From contig JAMDHS010000037.1 in NCBI GenBank assembly GCA_029717555.1, positions 62,001-126,000 of the forward strand: a DNA stretch of 64,000 nucleotides, in the 5' to 3' direction. This DNA comes from Peribolospora baueri (Eukaryota). Shown one piece after another: positions 15,272 to 27,546 of the stretch. The notes beneath the pieces were generated by a model that made no database searches, was not told the DNA's origin, and saw only the letters and a program-made list of their open reading frames with translations. Position 1 is the first letter of the stretch, and every line of letters begins with the position of its first letter. The translations under genes were made by a program, and so were the position numbers.

Positions 15272-17377
15272 GGTAGCAGAGAGGGGACGACCGCGGCGCC
15301 CGTCGTACGGTTAGGTGAAGACGGTGCTCGGGCGGAGCCAGTGGACCCCGGTTGGAGGTGCTGGGTAGCACCTCGAACAAGCAGCCCGGATTATCTGGCC
15401 ACGATGTCGAGACGAAGCGGTGGTGCAAGCCGCGGGGGCCTTGTTTGCCCGTGGCCGAGAGTGCTGACGGAGGCGGCGATCGGGCGGTCGGGCGGTCGGT
15501 CCGTCGTCCGCGTGGGGCGAGCTGGCAGCGGGGAAAGAGGGGGCCGAGGAGGGCGAGGGAGACGAGGTTGGAGGGAATGGGGACGGAGGTGGGAAGGAAG
15601 GAGGGCGAGTGGGTATAGGGTAGAAGAAGAGGCCCGATGGCGATGGCGACGAGGTTGGATGGAGGGAGCGTGCCGGGTGAGGGTGAGACACCCCTCTCAC
15701 CGGCGGTCGTGGCTCGCTCCGCGCGGGTGAGAGAGAGCGAGAGCACTTCGCGATGCCGGTTGGCTGGCTGGTGAGGCAAACGGCCGAGGGGGGCAGGCAG
15801 ATCGGACGAGGAGCGAGCGTGCGGGGGGGCCGACCGGGAAGTGTGTTTTAAGAGAATGGAGAATGTCTAGGGCCGATCACGACGATGGGTGCGGTGCGGA
15901 GGGGAGAAGAGAGAGAGGGAAGGAATGAATGGACGGAAGGAAAGGGGACGAGGCGGTGCGAGCGAGCGGCTTGGCTTGGCAGAGGACGAGGGAGGGAGGA
16001 GAAAATGGAATTCGGCGGGGGCCAAGTCCAAGTCCAAGTCCAAGTCGACGAACGACAACAACAGACAGGCGACGATGGCCAGGCGAGGGGAGAGGAAAGA
16101 AGGAGGAGCGTCGGACGATGGGAGGAGGATGGATGATGGCGAGCGGGCGCGCTATCTGATTCTGATTTCTGATTCTGATTCTGACTTCAGATTCGGATTG
16201 ATTCGCTCTTCTTTCTTTTTTTTTCACTCGGACCATCCATGGACGACGACGGGCTGAGCGCTCGGAGGGGAATCCTCCCTCCGCCTCCACCGGCGTCATC
16301 GGCCAAGCAGAGAAAGAAAAAGAAAAGAGAAAGAGAGCGCAGGCAAAAGAGAAGAAGAATGGCTCAGTGACTGACTGATGACTGACTGGCCGACGGACCG
16401 ACAGACGACGACCACCGACGGCCACACAACCATCCACCCCTTCTTCTTCTTCTTCATCCCATCCTCTGCATCCATCCCATCCTTCTTCGGCACTTTCGGA
16501 CGACGACCGACGCGCGCTCTCCCTTCGCTCCACTCCTTCCTTCTTCCTTCCCTCTTCGCTTCCTTCGCCGACGCTCGGCATCGCCCATGGTGGCCGCACC
16601 GTAGTCCCGCAGCGAGTCCTCACCGGCGCCGCCCCCCCTCGACCGCCCGCCTACCCATCCGTCTGTCCTCGCACTCGGTCCGTCCACCTACTTGGCATGG
16701 ACGGATGGATGGACCGGCGGAAGGACGGACGGACGGACGGACGGACGGATGCAAGCGGGCCGACGTCTTCAGGGACCGTCGACGGACTGTCTGTCCGGAG
16801 GACTAAACCGACGCGGAACCTCTCCGTCGAGAGTTCATTCATCAAATCGGATAACCCCGAAACCCGCCTTGACCTGCCTTGGCCTGCATCTAATATGTTA
16901 TCGCCCCTGTCCTTCTCGAATTTGTTGCTGCACCACGCCAAGCCATGGCGGCGGGGTCAGGTCAGGTCAGGTGCTGCACACCGACTGAAACGAGGTCCGC
17001 GCCGTAGTGACGAACGGACGGAGGCTGTGCTCGCCCTCGCCCGGCCAGTCCCTCTGATGCGCGCCTTCTTGCTTCTTCCGGAGCGGAGGAGGGTGGAGAG
17101 AAGAGATGGGGCAGAGCCACATATAATATACAGCGTCGTACAGGATAAATAGATAAACAATAGATAAATAAACAATAGATACGTAAGATAGACATTCACT
17201 CCCCTCGGCACACCTCGTAGACCGACCCGCCCTCCCACTCGGCCACAGACGCCGCTCCCGACCGCCGCAGCCCCTCACACCGTCTCGTCGGTCCGCGCTC
17301 GAGTCGACCACGACTCAGATGAGCAGGAAGAGCTAGCTGATCGTTTGTCGAACGCAGACACGCCCGGCGGTTTATCC

Positions 17378-18471
17378 ATGAGCGAGAACGTGGTGGTGGA
17401 TACCGACAGGATCCGACGCTGGCAGAGGTGCGCAGTGCGGGGGACGTGGGGCTGAGCATGGACAGCGATCGACCGCCATGGTGGCGAGGCGAGCTGACAC
17501 TCTTGCACCCCGCACTGCACCACGCACGGTAAAGGGACCAGCTTGACCTTGGACAATCTCTGCTCGCGACCGATTCACCTCGTCTCTCCCCGCTGCCGCC
17601 AGAACTGCTCATCGCGGGCCTCGACATCACCTACCCCGTCCGACCCTTTCCGAACGCTCCGAAATCGGCCGTCGCCTGCGTCGTCCTCGTCCACTATCCG
17701 TCTCTTCGCGTCCTAGACACCCATTTGGAGGAGGTCGAGGTCTTGGAGCCGTATGTCTCCGGCTATCTTGCTTTTCGTGAAGCGCCCCCTTTGGTTCGGA
17801 CTTTTGAGCGGTGGAAGGAGCAGAGGGCGCGCGATGGCTTGGATGGGCCCGATGTCGTGATGGTGGACGGCAACGGAACGCTGCATCCCAGAGGTGAGGC
17901 GGGGGGGGGAGCGCGATGAATGCTGCCGCTCGAGACTTGCAAACCTGGCCCGGCCCGTCTTTGACCACGCGCGCCGCTCCACAGGCTTTGGCTCCGCATG
18001 TTATATTGGACTCCTGCTCTCCCTGCCCACCATTGGCATTTCCAAGAAGTGGACCGTCTTTCCTGGGAGCGACACCCGCACTGCTGACGGCGTGCGGGCG
18101 CAGTTGGTGCGAGACAAGGCGCAGGCGTGCGAAGGGAAGGAGAAGGAGAAGGAGGATGGCGTGGTCTGGCTGTCCGACGCTCGCGGCGAGGTCCACGGAG
18201 CGGTGAGCGCTGCGCTCGCCGCGGTCGAGCAATGGCCTGTCCGAGTCTTCTGAACCCCCTCGACCTCTGTTCCTTCTCGAAGCAGGCCGTCCTTCCACCT
18301 TCTTCCTCCCATCCCCTCTACGTCTCTCGCGGCCACCTCATCTCCCACACCACCTCAGTCCAGCTCGTTTTAGCCTGCTGCCAGTACCGAATCCCGGAAC
18401 CCGTACGCCAGGCCGATCTGCGAGGCCGCGACTATGTGCGCACCCGTGATGGTGTCGACGGAGCGTCGTAG
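17378..18471 (+). CDS. Endonuclease V (inosine-specific nuclease), about 4 exons
   Basis: Spliced protein MSENV...IAGLDITY, PYVSGYLAFRE, VMVDGNGTLHPR|GFGSACYIG, PTIGISK, PLYVSRGH and YRIPEPVRQAD. The canonical EndoV motifs and acidic catalytic residues are present. Confidence 0.93.
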
Positions 18472-19091
18472 GTCCCCGTTTGGTGCTCCCGTGAGCTAGG
18501 AAACGTGAACACATCGTCCGTCCAGGATCTGGACCAGAGACACTGACTGGCCGAGACTTTTGCGATCGTGAAATACGCGTCGTGTCGTCTGGCATTGCCT
18601 TGCCTATCTGCCGTCCTTGATTTTGTAGCGGTACAGAGTACAGCTGTTCAAACGGCTTGCGAGCGCTCTGCCCCGCCCCAGACATCGTTTATTACGCACT
18701 TGTCCGTGTATGTATACCTTCTTCCAATCAGACAATGAATGGCGTTTGCCTAACACACGTCCCGCCTCGCCGCGCCTTCCGCCTTGCTGGGTAAGGCCGC
18801 AAGAACGCCAGACGCTGATGTCCCCCCGATGCGATCGATGCCCCCGGTCCGGTCCATGCGACACTTGAGCGGCTGCAAGCTCTGAAGGCCGCCCAAGTTC
18901 GCCTCCTCGTCGTCGCTGTTGCCATTTAGCCGGGCATCCGCTTCGGCAGCTCGGCCCGAGGAGCTGGGCAAATAGCCCCGCGCGCGGGGGGGTCGATCGA
19001 GGGCCCGCCCGCCTTTCTGTGCCCCGACATGACAACCATTCTCTTTTCGCGGTTGACGACGCCCGTCCGTCCGACTTGTTTTTTGCCGTAA

Positions 19092-22000
19092 ATGGTTACG
19101 GATCCTGCTAAGCCGACAAAAAGACGTCGTCTGTCTGCGCAGCGGCAGGCCGGTGCGGACGTCGGCGAGGGCAGCAGCGTACCTGGAGGGGAGACGCAAG
19201 CGAAGCCCAAGAGGGTCACACGCGCTTGCGATCAGTGCTGTCAGTGAGTTGGTTGGCGACGACTTTTCATGTCGGCGGCTGAGATCAGAGCGATCATATC
19301 TGACGTTCTCTGCCCCTTAGGAAAAAGGACAAGTGTGATGGGCAGCGTCCCACCTGCTCCATTTGTCACACCACCGGCTCCGTCTGCACGTATGATCGGC
19401 CGACGAAGAAGAGGTGCGGTCCGTCCTGTTCGCAAGTCTGTGTCCGCGCCGTCCGTCGGCTTTGACCGTTCCTCACGCTTGTCTCATCCGTTCATCCAGG
19501 GGGCCCCTCACGGGAAAGTCGTTCTTCCTCCAAGCTCGCATCGAGCGTCTCGAGGCGTTCCTCGGCTTCCTCATCCTCTCTTCGCCATCGCTCCTCGTTA
19601 CCGCCGAAAACCTGCTCGGCCTAAACCCACCTGCAGCGAGTCCAGCCGGCGCGTTGACAGCATATGAAGAGACGCTGGCGGCCAGCAAGCTTTCAGCATG
19701 GACCGTGGAGGAAGAGGTGGCAGTATGGCGGCGCACAAGGGCTAGGGTAGCATTGGAGAAGGCGCGTCCACTACCGGCGATACCGGGGTACGAAGAGGCG
19801 CTGCCGAAAGCAGGACACGCTGGACACCCGCTCGAGACGATCGGTGGTGGTAGCTCTTCCCTGCCTTTATCGAACAACACCCAGTCATCCCCGACACATC
19901 TTGGCCCGTTTGCCAAGTCTCCAGCCCACACGTCCCCATCGTCATCCCTCCACCTGCTCGCCGACGCGTCGGCCAGCCATCCAGCTGTGTCACAATCCGG
20001 TGGAGAGAGCCGACTTTCCTCCGATACCACTGGCGTCGAGGTGCAGGACTCTTTGGTGGACGCATCGTCGGTCGGGGTCGGGGACTATGACGGCGACGAC
20101 GGCCATGACACTGGCCGCTACGAATCATCGGGCGACTTTTGGAAGAATGAGGGCCGTCCTGACGTCCTTCGCTATGCTGGACCTCCGAGCGGCATGTACA
20201 TGCTTCGAGAAGCAGGCGCTCACGACGCGCGAAGCAGGGGTCGTGACTGGACGCATTCCCGGCTTGCAAGTCCCGACAGGGATCTTGGACGATCTGACGG
20301 GCTCTCTGCGACATCGGCGGTCCCGCCGGCAGAACGGGACGGCAGGTCACATGCTGCATCTCTGAGCCTCGCGACCGCCGCATCCCTCGGCAGCGTCCTA
20401 TCTCTACTCTTGGATGAGATTGACACACTCGTCGACGTCTACTTCACCTATTTCCACCCCTTCTTCCCTTTCGTTGACAAGCAGCTCATCCTGCGGTGGT
20501 CAGCTCGACTCGCCTCGGGAGAGCTGCATGCCTTTGAAGACGATGGTGGGGTGTACGTAGCGGCGATGCCGACTTTGCAAAGGGAGCACCACGCACCCAT
20601 CCTTGTCATGATCGCCATCGCCACCGTCGCTTGCGGATACTTTTCGCAGACGCCGTACTCGGATCCGCCAGATACCCTGTTGTCAGGCGAACGCCTTCAC
20701 TACTCCCGCCTAGCCTCCCGTTTCGCGTCAGTATCCCACTCTCAGCTCTTTCACTCCGTCGCCGCACACTCTCCCGACCTCTTCTCTGTCCAGGCCGCCC
20801 TCTTACTTTGTCTCGCCGACTTGCGAGAAGGAAAGGACACCAGGGCATGGGTCCTCTGCGGAATGGCCATCCGTATGGGTCAAGACCTTGGCTTGCATCG
20901 CGCGTCGGTGGAGCGCGAGTCGGCCCCTCCATCGAGGCAGGGCCGTGGCGCTCAGGCGGTCGCACAGGACGTCGGAGCTTCCAAGACGTCTCCTGTAGCT
21001 CCGGAAAAGGCGGCGACGACGAAGGCCAGCTACGCCGTCACTATGCATGCGGACGCACAACAGTCACAACTGTGTCGCTTAACGTGGTGGTCGATCTTTA
21101 CCATAGACGCTGTAATGGCCCTCCAGCTGGGCAGACCCACAGGCATCACCCGCGGCGGGTTCGAGACGGAAATGATCAGCGTGGACGGTCCGGAGGATTG
21201 GGAATTCTGCAAGGTCCCAGTGGAGCAGGTGACGCCGGGATCGAAGCCCCTCCGTGGCCCGGGCCCCACGAAAAGCGTGAGGGCTCAGGCGCTGACTTGC
21301 TTTGCAGCGCTGGCAAGGTTGTCCGTTATCATTTCCGAACTGCACAACCTGGTGAGCGGCGTTTCAAGCTATGTTTAAGGAACTCGAATGTTGACTGGGT
21401 TTTCTCCATGTGTTTGTTAAGTACGCCCTCCCCCCCTCGATAGAGAGACGCGCCCCGACTCTGGTTCCCAAGCTTGTCGGACGCCTCGAAGCATGGAAGA
21501 AGAGCCTCCCCCAGAACCTGCTGGCAGTGATCGATAATTCAAATGCGCCTGCGCAGGAGCAAAGCGGTCTGTCTGGCCTCAGGACGAGACCCGTTCCGCC
21601 AGCCCAGGTCCTCAGTCTGGCAATGCTCTTCCACACTACCATCATCGTTCTCTTCAGGCCTTTGTGAGTGCAGAGATCTAATAGAGTTGGTTTACTTCTT
21701 CTGACTGACATCTCGTGTTGTTTTGGCGACAGCTTGCACACCTCTTCCCTTGGCCACCCTTCCTCTTCTGCCATCGCCATGTGCGAAACGTCAGCCTCGG
21801 CGCTGTCCGCCCTCCTGTCTCGATTCGTTGCCGCCTATTCGCCAGTCCGGGCTCCGCCCTTCTTTTCCTACTTTGCTATGACGTCTTCCACCATCCATCT
21901 TTACAACTTTTGCTTCTCCAAAGCCGAGGAGCGCGGCCGGCGGGCGAGAGAGCTCTTGGAAGGCGTCTTGCAGACCATGAAGCGGGTATCGCCGTATCAA

Positions 22001-22896
22001 GCGGCGACAGCGAGGGTATACCGACTCGTTCGCCGTGCTTTCGACAGCCGACGAGCAGCGATACAGCTCGGCCCTCCGCAAGACCCTGCTGGCGACGGCG
22101 AGCCGCGTCTGACGACGACGACGAGCCAGCTTGCCCTGCCGCCGCTTGACGGCTCAGACGCCGTCACATCATCAGATCTACGCTTCGGTCCACCCCTATG
22201 GTCTCACCCTGATTACGCGGGCGTGGCGGCCTCAGCCGCCAGCGATGATTTCCTGAGTCTCTTTGACTGGAGCCATCCTCCCATTGGACCGCCCTTCTTC
22301 GACCCGTCTCCGCCCTTCCCTTCCCTTGCCGATCGCTCTGTAGCGACCACCCAGGAAACTCCATCTGCTGGCGCACCGTTCAGCTCCATGTCGGTTCTGG
22401 ATCGATTCAGACCTGCTGGCGCACGGCCGGAGGTTGTGGATGGCAACACCGAGGGTCCGGTTCAGGTCAGCTCTGGCGCTAGTCCAGGTCCAGCTCCGGA
22501 CGACGTTTCATTTGCTCCCCCTCCGGGTCGTTTCGAGTGGGCCGGTCTGTGAGTCTTTGACTATGTCTGCGCGTATGACCCGCTGCTCACCTCCTCCCCC
22601 CTCCCCCCGGTCCCCCTTCCCTCGACAGCGACCAAGCACACGTGCTCTATCTCCTCGGGCTTCAACGGCATGCGACGCCTGGCGGCTCGCCAGCAGACGC
22701 AAACACCGACCCGTCCTCCAGTGCTCTTGCGGAAATGGCGGCTCCAATATCGACAGAGCCGGGAACGGCGGCCTCTAGAGCAGCATCGGCAGCGGGCCCA
22801 ACATCGTCCCCACGCGCAAAGGGCGCACCGGCGGATGGGGATTTTGACGGCATGGTGGCCATGTGGTCGCACCGTGGAGGGCGTCTTTCCGGCTGA
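19092..22896 (+). CDS. qutA: Zn2Cys6 quinate-pathway activator (QutA/QA-1F-like)
   Basis: The spliced binuclear cluster RVTRACDQCCQKKDKCDGQRPTCSICHTTGSVCTYDRPTKKRG fits C-x2-C-x6-C-x6-C-x2-C-x6-C. A fungal TF middle-homology region is present (YFTYFHPFFPFV, AWVLCGMAIRMGQDLGLHR, RLTWWSIF, LGRP). A final exon 22629-22896 follows intron 22549-22628. Orthology is inferred from cluster context and remembered similarity to QutA. Confidence 0.85.
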
Positions 22897-23070
22897 ACGG
22901 TATCCCAGAGCGTATCATCATCGTATCGTGTAAAACAGGCGGCGAGCGCAGAGTTTTGGGCTGTGAACGACCTTGGACGACCTGTATTTTGTGTCAGCTA
23001 TAGTTTGTATTGTGATCGTTGCGTGTCACTCGGAACGCCGTGCGTGGGGGCATCGCAGTGGGGAAGATGG

Positions 23071-23088
23071 CGGCTAAAAGTCGTCCCG
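23071..23088 (-). promoter_or_regulatory. Candidate activator site CGGGACGACTTTTAGCCG (CGG-N12-CCG) upstream of the repressor
   Basis: 15/18 identical to the site at 33031; about 130 nt upstream of the repressor ATG. Confidence 0.7.
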
Positions 23089-23218
23089 ACGGCTCCGCGG
23101 CCTCTCCATCATCCGGGGTAATCCTTGATGGCGAAGACGATCTGGCACGCACACGCAGCCCGATCCCTCTCCTTTCTCTCAATTCTTAGCAAGGACGACG
23201 ATCTTACCGTGCGCTATC

Positions 23219-25839
23219 ATGACTGGCGAGGATGTGCTTCATCGACCGGGTCGCTACGCACCGCACGCGACGCTGGTGCTCATCGGCTTCCGAGCAGTGG
23301 GCAAGGTGAGTGAGCAGCCCAACCAGCAACCGTGCGAATGATTAATGACCGCCTCTGAACCGAACGAGCGCTGAGACTGTGCTCGTAGACGACCCTCGGC
23401 CTCATCGCAGCCACCCACATGCGCCGCACCTTCCTCGACGCCGACGCCTACTTCCGCACGAGGACAGGCGTGCCCGTCTCAGAGTACGTCGCTCGCCACG
23501 GCTGGCCCTCTTTCCGAGAGCGCGAGAGCGCCCTGCTCGCCGAACTTTTGCACACTCATCCGACCGGCGCCGTCCTATCCTGCGGCGGAGGCGTAGTGGA
23601 GTCGGCAGAGAGCCGTGAGCTGCTCTGCCAGTACGCTGAACGAAGACCGGTTATCTACATTGTGAGGAGAAAGGAGGAGGTGCTGGCGTATCTCGAAACC
23701 CACCTGGCGGCGCCAGCGTGGAACGAGCACATCCTCTCCGTTTGGGCGCGACGGGAGCCGTGGTATCGACAATGCTCACGGCACGTCTTTGTCAACATGG
23801 CCGAGTCTGGTGCCAGCGTCTTACCCGGACAGCCCCTAGAGCCTCTGGCTCTGAAGAACGTCGAGGAGAGCTTTGTGCGATTTCTGAACGCCATTCTCCC
23901 ACCGGCCGGCAGTCCGTCCTCTTCACGATTCGTCTCCTCGCTACTCTCGAAGCACACCACCACTGTCACCACGTCGTTGGCCGACCTGGACGCTTTGTCC
24001 TTAGCCGCCTTATCCTCGCTGGCCGAGGGAAGTGACGTGGTGGAGCTGCGAGTGGATCTACTCGACTGCATTCGTTTAGCGTCGAGAAATGGAGCCCCCC
24101 AGGCGGAAGAGGGGGACGGCATGGAGGTCGAGCAGGGCGACGACGATCGGGCCCCCGATATCAACTGGGACGTTCTGGCATGGCAGTTCGGCCATCTCCG
24201 GCTGTACTGTCCCGGCGTCCCCGTCCTGTTTACCGTACGATCTCGATCTCAGGGAGGTTCTTTCGACGTCGCAGGCCCCAAGGCGGCGGATCTCTACTCT
24301 CGACTCCTGCGCTTCGGGCTCGCTCTAGGCACCGACATGATCGACGTGGAGCAAGTGTGGTCCGACGCGCTCGTCGCCGACATCGTGACGGCCGCCCGGC
24401 AGAGCGTGGGGACAGCCACCGGCGAGCCGATCGTAGTGGTCAGCAGCTACTTCGATCTCTCTGGAGAGACGGATTGGACAGGAGAGCTGGGCATGCGAGC
24501 GCGATACGAGGCAGGGAAACGAGCGAGAGCAGACGTGGTCAGGTTAGTGAGCGCGGCCGGCGACGTCGCGGACAATTGGCGCCTACTTGCCTTTCAAGCG
24601 ACGGTCAACGCCGCTCCGGCGCCCGGAGGTCGACGAGGTCCGCCACTTGTCGCTTACGATGTTTCTCCGGCAGGTCGACCGTCGCGCCTGTTCAATCCCC
24701 TCCTCACGCCGGTATCCCATCCGGGTGACGTAGGCCCAGACTGCGTGTCGGCACGACAAGTAAAACTTGCCCTCGGTCACATAGGTCTTCTCAAACGGCG
24801 AACGATTTTCCTCGCCGGCCTCGGCGATGGCTCGAGAGGCGCCGTGGCGATGTGCCAAGCGGCCGCGGACGCTGCCGGCCTCCCTGTTCTTGTTGGCGCG
24901 GACCGAGGCAACTTGGGTGCTGTGATAAAAGAGAAGGACTTTGGGGCCATCATGGGTGACCTCACATCAGGGGACGGGGTGCTCTTTGATCACGTCGGCG
25001 AACTAGGCGTTTCCGTCAGCGATCCAGCGCGGCAGGCGCGAGCATTTGACATGGTCGCCCGTCGCTCTGTCGGAGGGACGGAGGAGACATGGTTCGTTGG
25101 TGATTTTCTTCTTCCGTCCGCGATCCAAGCCGTCGTGCGAGCCAATCTGGCGCCCATCAACGCTGTCGGTCCGGGAACGACGGCACTGGTGGTAGATGCC
25201 ATGGAAGGCGAGCATGGGGGGACGGGCTTGACAGTCAAAGCAGTCCTCATGGCGTTGCGGCAGATGGGTGTGCGCAGGGTCGGATGGGCGGACCTGAGTG
25301 ACGGGCACACGGCGGGCGGATCAGAACACATCGCCAAGGACGATGACACTGGATTGCATCGATTCCCGGCTCTCGACGTGGCGGCCGCACTGGCGTTCCT
25401 GCGAGATCGTCCCTCACGGCCTGAAGACGGGATCACCCGCTCCCTGCCGTCGATCATCTTCCTGCTCGACGGCATCAGTGGCCCCAAGACGAGTCTGTCG
25501 GACGCTTTCTTCGCTTCTCCCACCGGCGGCCTCGTTGTTCATCTCCGCCCTTGGCCGTTCGACTGTCGTTCTCGCCCGTCCGACCACCTCCCGCCATTCC
25601 TTCCTCCCTCTATTCTCCCGCGAGGAGAGTCGGAGGCGAGCATGCCTCAGCATGTTCGCGCTCTCACTCGCGGCGCGCCGCCTTTCAAACTAAACCGCGG
25701 CTGGCTTGCCGTCGGCGAAGAGCACGTTCGAGAGGAATGGCTGGTGAATGGCTGGGAATCGATCACAGGCCAAAAAGCTCCAAGATGGAAGATGCGTGCA
25801 GCCGACACCTCTGTACTCTTACAGTCTCCGACATTCTGA
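23219..25839 (+). CDS. qutR: Quinate repressor (QutR/QA-1S-like): shikimate kinase-like, type I dehydroquinase-like and degenerate shikimate dehydrogenase-like domains
   Basis: Motifs TLVLIGFRAVGK|TTLG (P-loop, split by an intron), GWPSFRERE, CGGGVVE, ELRVDLL, VLFTVRSRSQGG, DMIDVE and GRPSRLFNPLLTPVSHP. The domain order matches the C-terminal three domains of AROM, with catalytic residues substituted. Confidence 0.85.
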
Positions 25840-25927
25840 TGATGATAATTATGACTACTACTACTACGACGACGATGATGATGATGTTGCTCAAACTCAA
25901 GATGAATGAACCTAGCCTCCATCACTT

Positions 25928-27177
25928 TCACTTTCCCCAGCCCTCGTCTGGCTTGCTTTGAATGTCTCCCATGTTCTCGATCAGCCGCCGGGCCTGCTCT
26001 TCGACCGCCGCGCCAAGTGGACTCTTGTCGGCGGCAGCGGCGGCGGCCTCTTCGGAAGCCTCGCCGAGCGCCCACATGCGTTGTTGCGAGAGGCCTTGCT
26101 CGATCACTGCGTAAAGGCGGAAGTCAAGAGGCGAGGTGAGCTGGACGGACGGTCATGTGCGAGAGGCGGACAAGGCACCGACTTACTCGCGACGATGCCG
26201 CCGACCTGGCTCCACCCGTATCGGCCAGCCATTTGGAGGATGGGCGTCATCCGAGGCTTGTAGCACATTTCCAAGAAGAGACGTTTGGGTGGGAGTGGCA
26301 ATCCATCGTCGCCCTCCGGTCGAGACGCGGCAGAGAGCGGGGGCAGGGAGAAGAGTTTCTCCGCCAGGGCGTACACCGCCTTTTCCCCCTCCGTCTGTGG
26401 TTCGACGGCGGGGATGGCGCCCACGCCGAGGACGACGGGCCGCTCGGCGAGCTCGTCGTCCGAAGGAAAGTCATGTGCGCGCTCGAGGATGCGAATGTCG
26501 AGTTCGGGGAAGGCGGCTTTTACAGCCTCCATTTCGGACCGGTCTCGGTTCAAGAGGTAGATGCGATCGAGGTTTAGCTTGCGGAGAGCGTAGCAGGTCG
26601 AGCGAGCGGTGCCTCCGCCGCCGATGAGAAACGCCGAGTACTTTCGGGGTTGAAAAGCAGAAGAAGGGGTAGAGATGAACGTGGAAGGAGGTAAGGAGGA
26701 GTCAATGGCGAGTTGTCGGAGCAAGGCGTGTCGGACGCCGAGGTGGTCAGTGTTGGTTCCGATGAACCTCTTGCTCCCGGTCTCCGCCTGCCGCTCGACG
26801 ACAATGGTATTGACGGCGCCGATCGACCTCCCGGCGTCGGTCAATCCGTCGAGGATCGCCCCGGGCTGGCCAGCGGTAGAAGCGACGGCGACCTTGAGCG
26901 GCATGGTCACCGCTGAGCCGGCGAAGTATTCATCGTCGCGGACCGAGGCACGAAAGTGAGGGTTGTCCACGGTCTTGGTATCGACGAGGTCAAAGACACC
27001 CAGGGGAGGAGCGGCCGAGCCTGAGGAGGCTGTCTGGGCGTCGTGAAGGGCGCGGAAGATGGCATTGTGGAGGAAGGGAGAGGCGGAGTGAGAGATGGGG
27101 TAGCCGTAGAGGTGGAAGCGTCGCGTCGCCTGGTCGTGCGCGTGCTCCTCGAGCGTGGCCGTAGCGGTGGTGGTCAT
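25928..27177 (-). CDS. qutB: Quinate/shikimate 5-dehydrogenase (QutB/QA-3), 2 exons
   Basis: Motifs GYPISHSASP, GSAVTMPLK, GAVNT, GTNTD, IGGGGTAR and EMCYKP. The second exon reads MIEQGLSQQRMW and ends at a TGA at 25928-25930. Confidence 0.9.
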
Positions 27178-27362
27178 GCGAGCGCAGCGAAGAGATGTCT
27201 GGCGGCGCGAAAGGAAGAAGGAAGGACGACTGAGAGCGAGGAAAGCGAGGGAAGGAGGCAGATGGCGGCGACGAGGCAAGACGTATGTGTATTTCTGAGG
27301 GAGAGTGTTCACCGTGCGCTGCTGCGGCACCCGGGCCTTCCTTTCTTTCCCCGCACTGTCGG

Positions 27363-27380
27363 CGGCAAAACGTTCGGCCG
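27363..27380 (-). promoter_or_regulatory. Candidate activator site CGGCCGAACGTTTTGCCG in the divergent qutB/qutG promoter
   Basis: CGG-N12-CCG, 12/18 identical to the 30024 site, lying almost midway between the two ATGs. Confidence 0.55.
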
Positions 27381-27546
27381 CGCGCCGACGGCAGGTGGTC
27401 GCGTGTCGTCGCTACGCGTGTCGTCGCTCCGTCAGTCAGTCCGTCGGTCAACCCCCGTCGTCGCCGTTCCGTCAGTTGATCCGTTTCCTAACCCCTCGGC
27501 TCTCGCTCGTCCAACCTCCTCCCACCCACGAACGAGCGACGACGCC

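Noticed and set aside
23219..25839. Biosynthetic pentafunctional AROM (ARO1)
   Set aside because: There are no DHQ synthase or EPSP synthase domains, catalytic residues are substituted, and the gene sits in a catabolic cluster.
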